A DNA stretch of 64,000 nt. Source: Klebsormidium nitens (Eukaryota > Plantae > Klebsormidiophyceae). A program made the translations under genes and the position numbers. The notes beneath the pieces were generated by a model. The model ran no database searches. It saw nothing but the letters and a program-made list of their open reading frames with translations, and was not told the origin of the DNA. How positions within the stretch are numbered: the first letter of the stretch is position 1; every line of letters starts with the position of its first letter. Where the stretch lies: NCBI GenBank assembly GCA_000708835.1, contig DF237044.1, positions 1 to 64,000 on the forward strand, read 5' to 3'. Of this stretch, positions 13,401-25,000 are shown piece after piece.

Positions 13401-15383
13401 CTTGCATCTGCGAGATGATTGGACGAGTGAGGCTCCGACGTTGAATTGGAGGAATCAAGCAGCTCTGTAGTTGTAGACAGGGCACGACGATCTGACCGGA
13501 AGTACACTGCAAGGGCAAGGTCGGTTGTGCGCTCGTTCTGGGCTGTTGCCGTGTCGAGATTCGGCTCAGCTCCAAGTCTTTGATCTCAAGCTTACTTTGA
13601 GCTCTTTACGCTGCATGACCATCCTCATCGCTGGAAAGCACCTTGACGTTTTAACCGCCGAAGGACTGTTACAGACCTGTGCGTCGATTTTTGAAACTTT
13701 AATAAGATTCACATGATGTATTTTTTGAGAGTTTGAGAAGATTCATATGATGCATGCTCTGAAGCGGGGCCAGCCGAGGGGAGGCGTTGGAAGTAGGTAC
13801 TGGCGTGTTACATGTTCGAAAGTTTCAGGAGCTTCTTCAATGCGAGGTGAACTGTGCGGTTTACTGTTAAGCCGGTGCTCCCCGTCCTGAGCAACCTCCC
13901 GATTAAGCCTTTCCATCAAATTCTCTCCTTTCCTGTACTCGGAATCGCAGTCTCTCTCGACCGATCATGCATTTTTATCGATGTTCACCCGCGCCCCTTG
14001 GAGATTGGCAGAGGATCACTAGCAGATTGTTTCCCACTAGCAGATTGTGGAAACAGAGATCATTTTCACGTCATCGTGTGCTAGGGATCAAAGTTTGGGG
14101 GTCTTCTGCTTCTTTTACTCTCGCAAAGAGTAACAAATCGTTTCGCGCTACTGACCGAGACTGTCTGCGCCAATCCTGAGCAGGTAAATGCGGGCGTCGA
14201 AACCTGCCGGGGGGCCGACCGCTTCGCTCTCAGCAAGCAGTTCCGGTCGTACTTCAACTTCTCGAACCCCCTCATTGCGGAGCACTTTGCGCCCGAGACG
14301 TGCGCCTGGGCGTTCGGCCTGAACGTGTTTGACCTCAAGCGCTGGCGGGAGTCCAACATCACCGAGACGTATCACCACTGGCAAAAACAGGTGAGGCGCA
14401 GGCTTCTCTGGACTTTGCCCACGTGTCTTTGTTTGGCGTCTGAAGGACAGTATCTGTGGAGGGGCTGCTTTGTCTGAACATTCGACCCTCAGGAGGCTCC
14501 CGAGTCTGACCGCACCGAAACATAACCCCGCTGGGAAAAGCAGGTTAGGTGCATATTTTCATGACTTTGCAAGCGTATTTTTCCTTGAGTGTTTCCTTTC
14601 TTTGGCTTGTGAAGGCATTCCTCCCTCGGAGGATCTTCTTTGCTTGAATGTTCTGACACGTAGGAGGCTCCCGAGATCGACACACGGAAGTTTACCACCG
14701 CTGGTAAACTAAGGTGAGGCGCACCTGTTGCGCGCAGTCAGATATTGCCGCCGAACCTCCAAGCAGTCTTTTTTAGCTGCAAGAGGCGTGGTGGCTGAGG
14801 CAGGGTTTTCAATGTGCTGGTGGAAAATTGTAAGCGTACCCTGGGTATTTCTGTTCCGACTTGATGGATGTTGCTTGAAGGGTTCTTAAAGTCCAAACGG
14901 AACGGATATTCTGACCCTTACACGCTTTCTTCCAGCTGTTCATGCAGCTCGAGAATGCTCGTCTTTCTGGGCTGTTGCCATTCGATAATGGAACGTGATT
15001 CGAGGGCAGCGACTGTATAGCCAGCGAGGAATCAGATGTCCGGCTTTTCTGATGGACTCGTAGGCTTCTGCTGACATCAGCCCGTTCCTTTGCAGAACAT
15101 GATGTTGAACATGACGCTCTGGCGGCTCGGAACGCTTCCGCCCGCCCTGATAGCGTTCTACGGTCACACCCTCCCGCTAGATCATAGTTGGCACATGTTA
15201 GGTCTTGGGTATCAGCCCGATAGCAGTATAGAGGTCATTAAGTCGTCAGCGGTAATCCACTACAACGGTCCTGCAAAGCCATGGTTAGACATGGCTTTCA
15301 CGGATTTTCGGTCGTATTGGACTAGATGGGTGGATTACGGTAATGAGTTCGTCCACCAATGTAATATTTTCCAAATGAGATGA
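7434..15383 (+). CDS. GAUT: Galacturonosyltransferase (GT8), GAUT12/13/14/15-like, about 538 aa, 8 exons
   Basis: Exons 7434-7641, 8588-8817, 10197-10451, 10882-10986, 12020-12169, 13113-13286, 14184-14390 and 15096-15383 are all GT-AG and phase-consistent. The protein has an [16 protein letters not shown]-terminus plus TM anchor, [38 protein letters not shown] (DxD), [22 protein letters not shown] and HYNGPAKPW. Confidence 0.95.
9690..10230 (+). repeat. Acceptor-junction echo array in GAUT intron 2
   Basis: The motif ag|gtcgaggtgcacgagggcaaggcg recurs with exon-like starts at 9697, 9856 and 10026 before the true exon at 10197. A fainter copy lies near 9430. Confidence 0.9.
11560..12095 (+). 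repeat. Acceptor-junction echo array in GAUT intron 4
   Basis: Copies of (ag|)gcgacgatcgaggtgcgcggcgtgcacgagatgcagtggctg start at 11563, 11708 and 11852; the true exon starts at 12020. Confidence 0.92.
12520..13165 (+). repeat. Acceptor-junction echo array in GAUT intron 5
   Basis: Copies of ag|gtgctggccgcaaagctgcaggcgcgcagccccaagtac start at 12528, 12714 and 12895; the true exon starts at 13113. Confidence 0.85.
14335..14725 (+). repeat. Donor-junction echo array in GAUT intron 7
   Basis: The exon end ...accgagacgtatcaccactggcaaaaacag|gtgaggcgca (true donor 14391) is echoed with donor-like GT at 14544 (gttaggtgca) and 14714 (gtgaggcgca). Confidence 0.75.
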
Positions 15384-15980
15384 ACAAAATTAAGTAGTTC
15401 TGCACGCAACTTGCTTTTCCGCTGTCTCTTGAGTCGTTTCTTTTCACTTCGTCCATGTCTCTGACTGGGGAAGACACGTCTCCTCGTTCACCCGGACCTA
15501 TGATTCTTGATGTCTTACTCCTTGCAATGTGACTGGCATTGGTAGGCGGCGGCGGCCGGAATTGTTGGACAGGGAAAGCCTAGACACAGGTGTCGAATCA
15601 AAGCATCAGGCTGTCCCACACGTGGCCAGTCATGATTTGGCTACTCTCATGGTACAATTCCATGACTCAGTGATGATTGATGCGACGGTGATGCCTTATA
15701 AAGAGGGTGTGCTAAGGTAACATTTAAGGCCTGGCAATGATCCTCATGATGTCAGTGACGCGCATCACCGATCTGAGCTTTAAGCAGGCGCTGCATGACC
15801 GTTCCTTTATACCCTCAGCTAAAGACTTGATCGCGCGGATAAAAGGAATTGGATATATACTTGTTTGTTATAATTAGTACGTATGCATCAGTGCATGTAT
15901 GGCCGCATGCTAACCTACAGCCTAGAGCTTATCGTTTAGTAACTTGAATCAACCATGCGCGTACATACTTGACTTCGATC

Positions 15981-16735
15981 CACAAGCTACCTATGGTGGG
16001 TCTCGACGGTATCGACCGCGCGACGGTCCGGTCTCAAATTTCTTACACCGGTGTTACGCGTCGCGACGAATTGTGTACGCGGCACTGACGACCGTACTCG
16101 GCAGTACTTGAGAATCAGGTCTGAGTTCATGAATTGAACTTTTTCTGACACGTCGATCAACGGTCAAGTGCGTACTATGCGGAGGTACGGTACCGCTCGA
16201 GTCTGCGCGTACATCGATTATGAAATTTATGGTCTTGGTCGGAACTTCCGACTTGAACCACGCAGGAGTACCGCGGTACCCACACTGAAAGGAGAGTGGA
16301 GGGATTTGATAGAGCAGTGTAAGGAAAGGCGCTCTGCAAAAATCAACAATGGCGGCCCACTTTGCGCCTCCTATGCTGTTTCTTGAGATTTGTCCTGAAC
16401 AAAACATGATGTTGGAGCTTGACCTCTAATGACGCCCTCCCAACATTTTTTTGCTTGTCAAAGGTTTCTATAAGCTGCATAAGCCTCCTCATAGTGTGGC
16501 ATTTTTATGCTTCTGTCAAAGTTTAAATTAAAACACTCTGTTACACCATATGACACTCGGTTACGGCCGAGCAAATTTTTGAAAGTACTCGTTGGGTACA
16601 TGTTACGGAAGTCCGAGTCGTCGTAACGTGAACCGCCGGTACTACTGACGAAATTCGATACCGGGTCCCACATTTTCGTCGCGGTTTGAGTCGCGAAGTC
16701 GACTCGGCCGCGGGACCCACCATAGGTAGCTTGTG
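15981..16735. mobile_element. Non-autonomous TIR DNA transposon, CACTA/EnSpm(CMC)-like ends
   Basis: A 22-bp perfect terminal inverted repeat CACAAGCTACCTATGGTGGGTC (15981-16002 and 16714-16735) begins with CAC, and TC flanks both ends (candidate 2-bp TSD). No transposase was recognised inside. Confidence 0.75.
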
Positions 16736-18303
16736 TCCCAGAGTCCTCGATCGCACCATGTTTGCGTCGCGAGGCACGTTGCGCTGATCAGTGTGCAGGA
16801 TTTAGCTGGATTATTTTTTGCATGTACGTACATGGTCGGATCGCGTGACCGTCGGTTGCCTAGCTTCAGCTGCCGCCCGCCCTGATCATCATTCAAACCT
16901 AGCTAGATATTCTGGCAGCTAGCTAGCTAGTGAATCTGCGGGTGCTGCAGCGTGACTGCGCGTGACACCGTGTACATAGCTCTTGAACAGCTGTGTCAGG
17001 CTGGAGTTCAGTCGCCATTTGACTGGGCTGCTCGATTGATAAGAATCTGACCACAGGCTGTAAGATGAGTACAGCTAGGTTGTTTGAATCTTCCACGTTA
17101 GGCTGCATGACCATCGATCCGCAATCATGAGAACCCGTACATACAAAACATCGCATACTGAGTCGTATTTGCACTCTAGAAGATGCTTCATGTCACTCCG
17201 TCTTCGAATCAAGAGTATGTTCATTTGTGGGGAAGAGTGTTTATGAAGAACCTGACTCGTGGAGTAGTCGGTGTACCTTCTAGGATTCATGCTACGCGGC
17301 CTTTTTAATGATCAACCAAGTCAACTTGCTGAAAATCGACCTCGTGTCCAGATTGCCAACGGTAAGTTCAGTCTGGAAAACAATTCCGGCAGATTGAGTG
17401 AGATGGTTCTGTACATAGTTTGATACGTCCACGCTATTCAAGTCGAAACACTAATTATCATTCCCACCGTTCACAGTTTGTAACGCAACAGTTGCCTTTA
17501 ATAAGGTTCCTACCGCACTATCTTGCGCTTGCAACCGTTGGCTGGAGCTCTGACTCCAAGGACTTCATTTTCTTCTCTAACCCTCGTACTGCATCTTTGA
17601 AAAGCCGAAGTAATAACCAGCTCATCACGGCTTCGAAGTACCTGCAAGCCGCAGAAGGTTTTTCTTGTCAATTAACCTGGAGTTGATTGGAGCAATCCCC
17701 TGCTCTACCTCGCCTCTGCAAAGCGAATTTCATTAGAAGATTCCGTAAGGACGTAACATGAATTCAACGGACCTGGAACGGACCTGGAGGTTGGACGTAC
17801 TTTTCGAATAAAACCGTCACAACCGTCACATGACGAACATCACCGTCAAGGAAGCTGAGGACCTTCGAGATCCTTCAACTGTATCAAGACTACATGGCCG
17901 ACAAAGAGAGAAAGAGACAGGAGTCAACGGGGACAGAACCGCGTTTGGAATGTGCAGAGAGAAACACAGTCTCGGCGCACTCCTGCCGAGAAAGCGGCCG
18001 CACGAAGCAGTGCAACTTGATGCAAAGACACAATCCTCACACAATCCCTGGAAATGTTGCGCTTTGAACGGCAGGTCGTTTTTCAACCGCGAGTTAGAGA
18101 TGCGCACCGTACAACAGAACTTGAGCGCACCTCGGTCCACAACTGAAGAAAACTCGGAACGCTCGTACTTTTGTCACGACTCGAGCAGCCTTTTGAGTCC
18201 TCCCCACCAACCATCAACCTGCTGAACAGTTGCTGACCGTCCAAAACAATCTATCCATCAACGTAATTGTAAAGAATACCAAACGGCTCGTGAAGAATCG
18301 TCT

Positions 18304-19893
18304 TCACCTGTACCATCCAGTCAGCTGGATCTCGGAGACGTACGTCACTCGCACGAGGCTGGGGTCTCGATCGTCCCTTTGAAACCACAGGCTGTCGTAA
18401 GAGTCGTGGAAATCGGACACGCCGTAGATCTTCATAAACCGAGGAGGCTCGTACTGAAGAATCTCATATCTGCAGCATCGACAGAGACTCGGCTCATATG
18501 CATTTCTGAAAAGATGACTGCAGATGAAACGGAGGTAGAAAAGATCAGCGCAGCTTGAGAAACGCAGGAGATCTAACACTTGGCTGCCGAGTCCCTTCAA
18601 TGACCGACTGCTGATGAAAACGTGCAGAAGAGAGATTGACGCGGGAGATTGGTAGGTTGTCCGTCTTTCGTTCTTCCGGTATTTTCTCATTCTGCTCTGC
18701 CAACAGTGAAAAAAGGCGACGAAAATGTTTCCAGAAAGAATCGTGGAAAGCTCTCGTTCGAACAGTCGACTCGTTTTGGGAGTGGTGCAGCTTACACTGT
18801 GGGAGTCACGTAGCCAAGCAGGACGGTCCTCAAGTTGAACTGCGTTCCCACCCCCAGTGGGGCCTGCTTCGGCCTTGTGAGCGACGAGTCTTTGTGAGCA
18901 CTGGGTGTTCCTGCAAAGTGAAGCATGGAGAATCAGCATGAAAGATCCTTCCTTGAAATTCTCCACTTAGTAGGCGATTAAGGTCGTGCACACACTTTTC
19001 CCTTGATATACATCATGGATTGATAAGATGTGTGGAACGTGCAGGGAACTCGACAAACAGTGACAGAGAAAAATTTGAGACCAGTACTGAAGAAGTTGCA
19101 ACGGCAGGATGAGCGGGAAGCTCAGCTCGGTCTCAATCTCCAGTCTAGGTGACGAGATAGGTTGGCTTGATGCACAGTGGGATTCACCAGGACATGGCTG
19201 ATTGGTCAGCTTAGATTAACTCCTTCCATGACTTTCTTTCCGTTCGTACCTTGTAGACTACTTCTTCCTTGCTTTGGCTGTCGTCAGTTTGAGATTCGAC
19301 ACTTTCAGCGAACTCTTCATGATATGTGCCTTGGTCCAACCACCTATGGCAGGTATCGTAAGCAGCGACAAGGCCCAACTTCGTCCTTATCTGTATTTTC
19401 TGATCAATCATACTACTTTAGTGCAGTCTTCTGAGTGAAAAACTGGAGCTAAGAAGCACATGCTGGTCAGCATACCTGGATCCCACGCATCGATGTTCGA
19501 AAAGTCACTGGCATACTCAAACACCTTCTGCAGGTCTCCCTTAACCGTAAAAGTATGCTCCCCTTTCAGACGCATAAACACTCCATGTGTCTGCCTGCGA
19601 ACCTGCTTTGCCTTCCGTTCTGAATCTGCTATATGAAGGGGTCTCCCAAGATAACGCGAGTTTGAGCATGAGAGCGTCTTGAAACCTTGCTCAGGACGTT
19701 TCCACGACTGCTCTCCAACACCAGACACATCTCGAGTAACAGACGGACGCTTGAATAGACGTCTAGCAGCTGGAAACGGCAGTACTTTGGATGCTGAAAC
19801 CAGACTGCATTCTGCCGTTTTCGACTCGACCTGTGTCAATCTGCTACTCCATCTTGAGCTGGACAGAGGTGTTGCCCTGCAAGCGGACGCCAT
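18304..19893 (-). CDS. SRPBCC/START-like (polyketide cyclase/dehydrase fold) protein with a putative plastid transit peptide; internal and last exons unresolved
   Basis: A Ser/Arg/Ala-rich leader is followed by VFEYASDFSNIDAWDPG. A downstream exon encodes YEILQYEPPRFMKIYG...DSLWF...VRVTYVSEIQLTG, matching the SRPBCC pattern from memory. Confidence 0.6.
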
Positions 19894-22050
19894 AGAACCA
19901 ATCAGCAGAATCTTGCGCCTTCTTGGAGTGACACTCCTTTCAGCGCAAAATCTCCAACCATCTACGTTTGAAAGGAGAAGATCGAAAAGTGATCAACTCA
20001 TTGGGAGGCGACTTGCAGTTCTGAGACTACGGTTGGATTGCCGTTCTACAGTGGTGTAACGCTTCTTGGCAGACCAAAGCTGCATGAAAATGCAGAAGCA
20101 TCAAAAAGCCCCCATGCGCCTGATTGACTTGAGACTTCTTTGCAGTGTATCACTGCATGCGAGTCTGGGCCCAGTGCATGCACTTTTTGGTTGGCGCCTT
20201 AACCATGGTTTCTGCTGAGGGCATGCATGCAGAGTTGCCACGACCCAAACCCCCCAGTTTGCATGGGAAACCCACTACTTCTGCCAGGCGGCAGCCTCCG
20301 AGTCGCCGCGCGGCGGGGCGCGCGCGGATTGGGCGGCCGCACGCGGCCCGCAAAACACTACGCGGCGTGTGCGCGGCCGCCTCAGGGCGAAGGGACGATT
20401 CTCACACCCTCAGCCTTCTCTTAAAGCTTTTGAACTGCCGCCGTAGTGAAAGCAAGACACGGGCAAGACACATGCCAGGAAACACCCTCACAGGCAGCTC
20501 AGGGCCGCCCGGGGTTCTTGGCAACTGACATCAAGTAAGGGGGCAAGCTGAGGAGCGTTTCGAGAAGAACAGGACTGCTGCTTTACATTACTCCACTGAA
20601 CATGGTTCACAATATGGTGATCCTGAGTCAATGAGATCATTAGTTATGATCACGATGAGCAGCAGAACATCTGTACTGCCCGGTAACTGCAATGGGCGTG
20701 GGACCCCAATTGCAATAAGTACCAAACTATTATCCTGATTTGCAATGCGTCAGCTTCGACGAGCTCGGTAGCGCTAAATTTGCGGATTGATATGCATTAC
20801 TGAGTCACCCTTCAAACGAGGTCACTGAGGCAAAAGGCATTCATTGTCATGACGGATCTGATTCGATGCGCCCCCGGCGCGCTGGTCCGGTACTTCGCCG
20901 ACCTCGCAGGCTCCAGTCAACGATTGCCACCGAGAGAGCTTTGAAGTCACTTCATTGACGTTTGTAAGCACCAGTGCGCGGCTGGTCCGTTGCTGATTGG
21001 GAGCTGACTGACCGGCCTGTACGGCGGGATCTGCATGTACTAGGTTTATCGACAACAGCAACACCGACGTGATTCGATCATATATAGTCGTATTGATGTC
21101 TGGACCGTCTCGATAGGAGCTGGCAGGCCGCGGGGGAATCTCCCATAGGATATGACTATACTTGTGTGTTTAGATAGGGAGGTTACGGTCTCACGAGGCC
21201 CAGTAGCTGAGTACGTTTTCTTTTGAGAGCCGCGCGCGCCTTGCATGTACATGTACCGTACTTGTTAAACGGAAGAGCATCCATATGAACAACTTCCGTA
21301 GAATTATAGCTGGTGAGACGCCAAACATCTCCAGACGTGTCGATCGACAGTCATGGCTTCGGAGAAGGAGACTAGTGAAAACTTTTCACAGATAGCTTTT
21401 GATCACTGGCAGGGTGGGCTGACCGATCAAGAATGGGCAGACGCGAGCTCCGTGCAGAGGGGCAGTATGCTCCGGGCCCTCATGAGCGGGGCACTGTCTC
21501 ACATCATTGGATATCGGAGCTGGTCCGATCAGCTCAGCAACCCGAAGGCGGACTGGAGGCCAGAATTGAGAGCGCCTCTGCTTGACACGACGTACCTTTG
21601 TACGTAAGAACACCAAGTCAGTTCCACACTTGGATCAGAGACGACGCTTGCAGAAGGTCGTCGGCTCAGAACGTTCTGGGACCGTCTTCCCTGACCTTGA
21701 GACGGCCGACAGACGCGTGGAAAGTCAAGCGACTCATTGGGCGCTACGAAGGACGATCGTCAATCTTTTCAATGCTTATGATTTGCAAAGAGGCTTCCCT
21801 TACAAGCTTTGACGTCTTCGATTGTTCTTGTCATCTAGTTGGCTGCAACACGAAAACCGTGAAACTGTATCTATATATGGATCACACTTCAACATAAGTT
21901 GCTGTATGAAAGCTCTTCATTCAGACACCTAATTTGACGGTCCAGTAATGTCAACTATCTACTCGGTTTAAGATCCTCAAACGTCGTGACCTGACGCGCG
22001 AATCATTGAGTGCATAAGCTTAAGCAACTGCGCCTACGTGGTTCCGACAT

Positions 22051-25000
22051 TTAAGGAATATGGTCGGCTACGGGGTTGTCAATAACTTTGAGTTGCTTCT
22101 CCCTACTCATAGCGGTCTCTTTGTCCACTCCTCCAGAGGCCCCCAATGATGTTGGTATCTTCAGAATCTTGTGAAGATGCTTCAGCTTGGCATGACGTCC
22201 AATAAGGGCCAGACCCATCGATACGGCTATGGTAGCAGCGAGGACGATCCAAAGGCCAGAGACCTGCATGAGAGGGCGAGCAAGCGGCTTGTGGACTCAA
22301 TGATATGCAACAAGTTTTCAGATTATGGACCGGGATTTAAGGGGGAGAAGTGCTGCTTCAGAACGGACCCTAAATGCGAAAGCGGTTGCAAACCCATATT
22401 CAACGGAAGGACCCGGCTGTCTTTCCTTGGAGCGGTGTTTCAGAAAGATGAGACAACGGAGAAGCAACATGAAAGAGACAGGTTCCGAGGAGAACTTCTA
22501 GCCACCTTTTCAAAGAGCCGGTTCGTGCCGTCCGGTTAAACAAAGCATAAAGATTGTCGTTCCAAAGAATCTGACTGGGACTGTCCTCCAATAAGCGGCG
22601 CCGACATGGCAGGAAAGAACACCGGAGCAACCTAAAATACTGGAGCCAAAACCCGCCTGTAAAGCTTCGCACGTGAAACAAGTTGGAAGTGAAGCAATCA
22701 GTGCCCGGTCGCGAAGCAATGATTAAGCTGGTCGGAATCCCCCACCTGATTGAATGTGACCTGCTGTTCCGCGCCGGCTGCCTCCTTCTCGCATATTGTC
22801 GAAGTAGGCTCGATGAAAACCTTGTGAAGATGCGAGAGCTCAGAAGTTTCCTCCAGCGTCAAAATTGCGGTGCTAAACGCGTCAACCAGGGACGTGGTTG
22901 CGTTTTGCCAGAAGGCCAACGCTCGGTTGTCCTCCGTTATGCAGTCCCCAACCTGCATCAGTGAACCAAGGTGGTTTACATATAGGTCCTTGCTCAGCTT
23001 CTTTCGCTGGTCACTGACGGTATGTTGCAACGCGCTTCTCTTCAGTGCTGCAACTTACGGTGGATCTGCGCAATCAACTCCCTCAATACAATAAAGATTT
23101 GCCATGCCAGAAATGCAAACCTCAGGCCGTGGCTTCTGCACACCTCGATGATCAACGAAGTGAGGATGAATACTGCACCTTACAGAATTCACAACGTGTC
23201 GCGGTCGTGTAGTCCACATATCCACAATCCCAGACGAGGCCCTCGATGGCTCCCGTGACAAGCTGCTGTAGCATGTCTTCTGTTTCATCCGCGTTCTGCC
23301 TGTGACGAAGTTAAGAGAGCCTCTGAGGTGAATGAGGACCCTTTGCTGGGGTCTGCCATTGTTTGAGCACATGTAAGTGCTTGCGAATCCAACTGAGAGG
23401 GTTTCCTACCATCGTTGGGAAGGAATGCTGAACAAGTGGAACAGCTTCACAACAGATTTGCCACCAGAGCTTTCCGCGGACAGCACGAGTCAGATACACA
23501 CGCCGACTCGGTCTCGTGCTCACACTTTGGTCTCTCAGACTCTCTCGGGATCCTAAAGAAGGGGCTGGGACGACGTAAGCAGTACGGATGCACGCATCTT
23601 AATCCAAGTGAAGCAAGTCGAGGTGAAGTAAGAAGTAAGTCTCTCTGTCCGGTAAACGAGGTGCAAGGATTTGACTTACGGGGCAAACAGTACGGTTGGA
23701 CTCCAACCGTTTAGGTGCATGATGTCAACTGTATTCCTGTAGGCACCCCAGCTCCTTCCTTGCAGATCGTTGATTGCTGCACGACACAGGCAATCAATGT
23801 AAGAGTCTCCAAGCTTGCTGGACCTGTTGGCTGGCATGACTGGATGCGGGATAGTCTCGAGTCAAATTACTGTGCTTGTGAACTTTTGACGCCACGAAAT
23901 GTACAAAAATATTTTCAACGAGCTAAACGAAGAAAAGCTGGAGCCTCGATTCGGATAGCTCAGAAATACCTTCAGACAATTTTGATACTAAGAGCTCCTC
24001 AAAAGCAGTGTCGAATCAGTGGATTGGCGACTCACATTGAATGCTCACGTCAACCTGCGAAGCCGTGAGGATGGCAGCGGCGTTTCCAGTATACATGGCC
24101 ACCAAGAGGAGGATGAGAAAGGCCCAAACGAAGATGATGATCCGGGATGGAAAGGAGAAAGCTCTCATTGGGTCTGCTGCGTTCACAATCTGCGCCCCCG
24201 CTGCAGGAAACGAAGCACTTTTGATTGATACAAGTTCAAATCCAACGCTCAACAGGTCAAATGACGTGCTTTCAGAGGTCACAAGAAGGTGACAACGTAA
24301 ACAACCTAGGGCTTGCCATCAACTCTGTGCACAGAACGCACTTTGGTAGAAAAGCCGGCTGAAGAAGAGCAGCTTTGTCTCCTGAGTTCCTATATACTGC
24401 TCTTTCTATGAAAGATCGAACATTGGCGGTTAAGGTTGCAGCTTATGAAGTGCTTAGGTCTGCTTCCGCCTCCTTGTTGTTCTAAAATAGCGCCTTGATC
24501 AGAAGGCCGCCATACGCGAAGCTCGAAATCTGCCAAGGACCGTCTAACCCATGCAAGTCGTTCAACTCGTACACTCCTGTGCGTTTGTCCTATTTCTAAA
24601 AAGGGTCGACTTTGAAGCAGCTTCAAAGTGGCCTGCTCTTGAATGACTGCTGCAAAAGGTGATAGAAGTATCCTAGCAGCTCAATCGGACTTTCAGACTT
24701 ACCAGACCACACCAATTCCACCACGCCAGCATCGTCAGCTGTGTCGTCGACGCGGTTGGCTGCTTTAGGCTTTGACACGATCTCTACGACCCGGGTTGAG
24801 ACGCCCACCGCCAATGCTACACGCAAAGTGTTTCAATGCATCAGGAAGCAGCCCGGTGCACAGTCTTCGATGGCTGATTCCTCACAGGACTAAAAGTCTC
24901 GATATGTAGTAGTCCTGACGCTTGTGTATGACTTTCATTTTGGAATGGTATTTTTTCCTAGCTTGGGCCTGATCATGATTGTGTTTATCTGCAGCCTTCA

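Noticed and set aside
21353-21897. Possible small two-exon gene (MASEKETSENF...)
   Set aside because: The ATG context and GT-AG are plausible, but there is no recognisable domain and the exon-2 frame is ambiguous; unsupported without transcripts.
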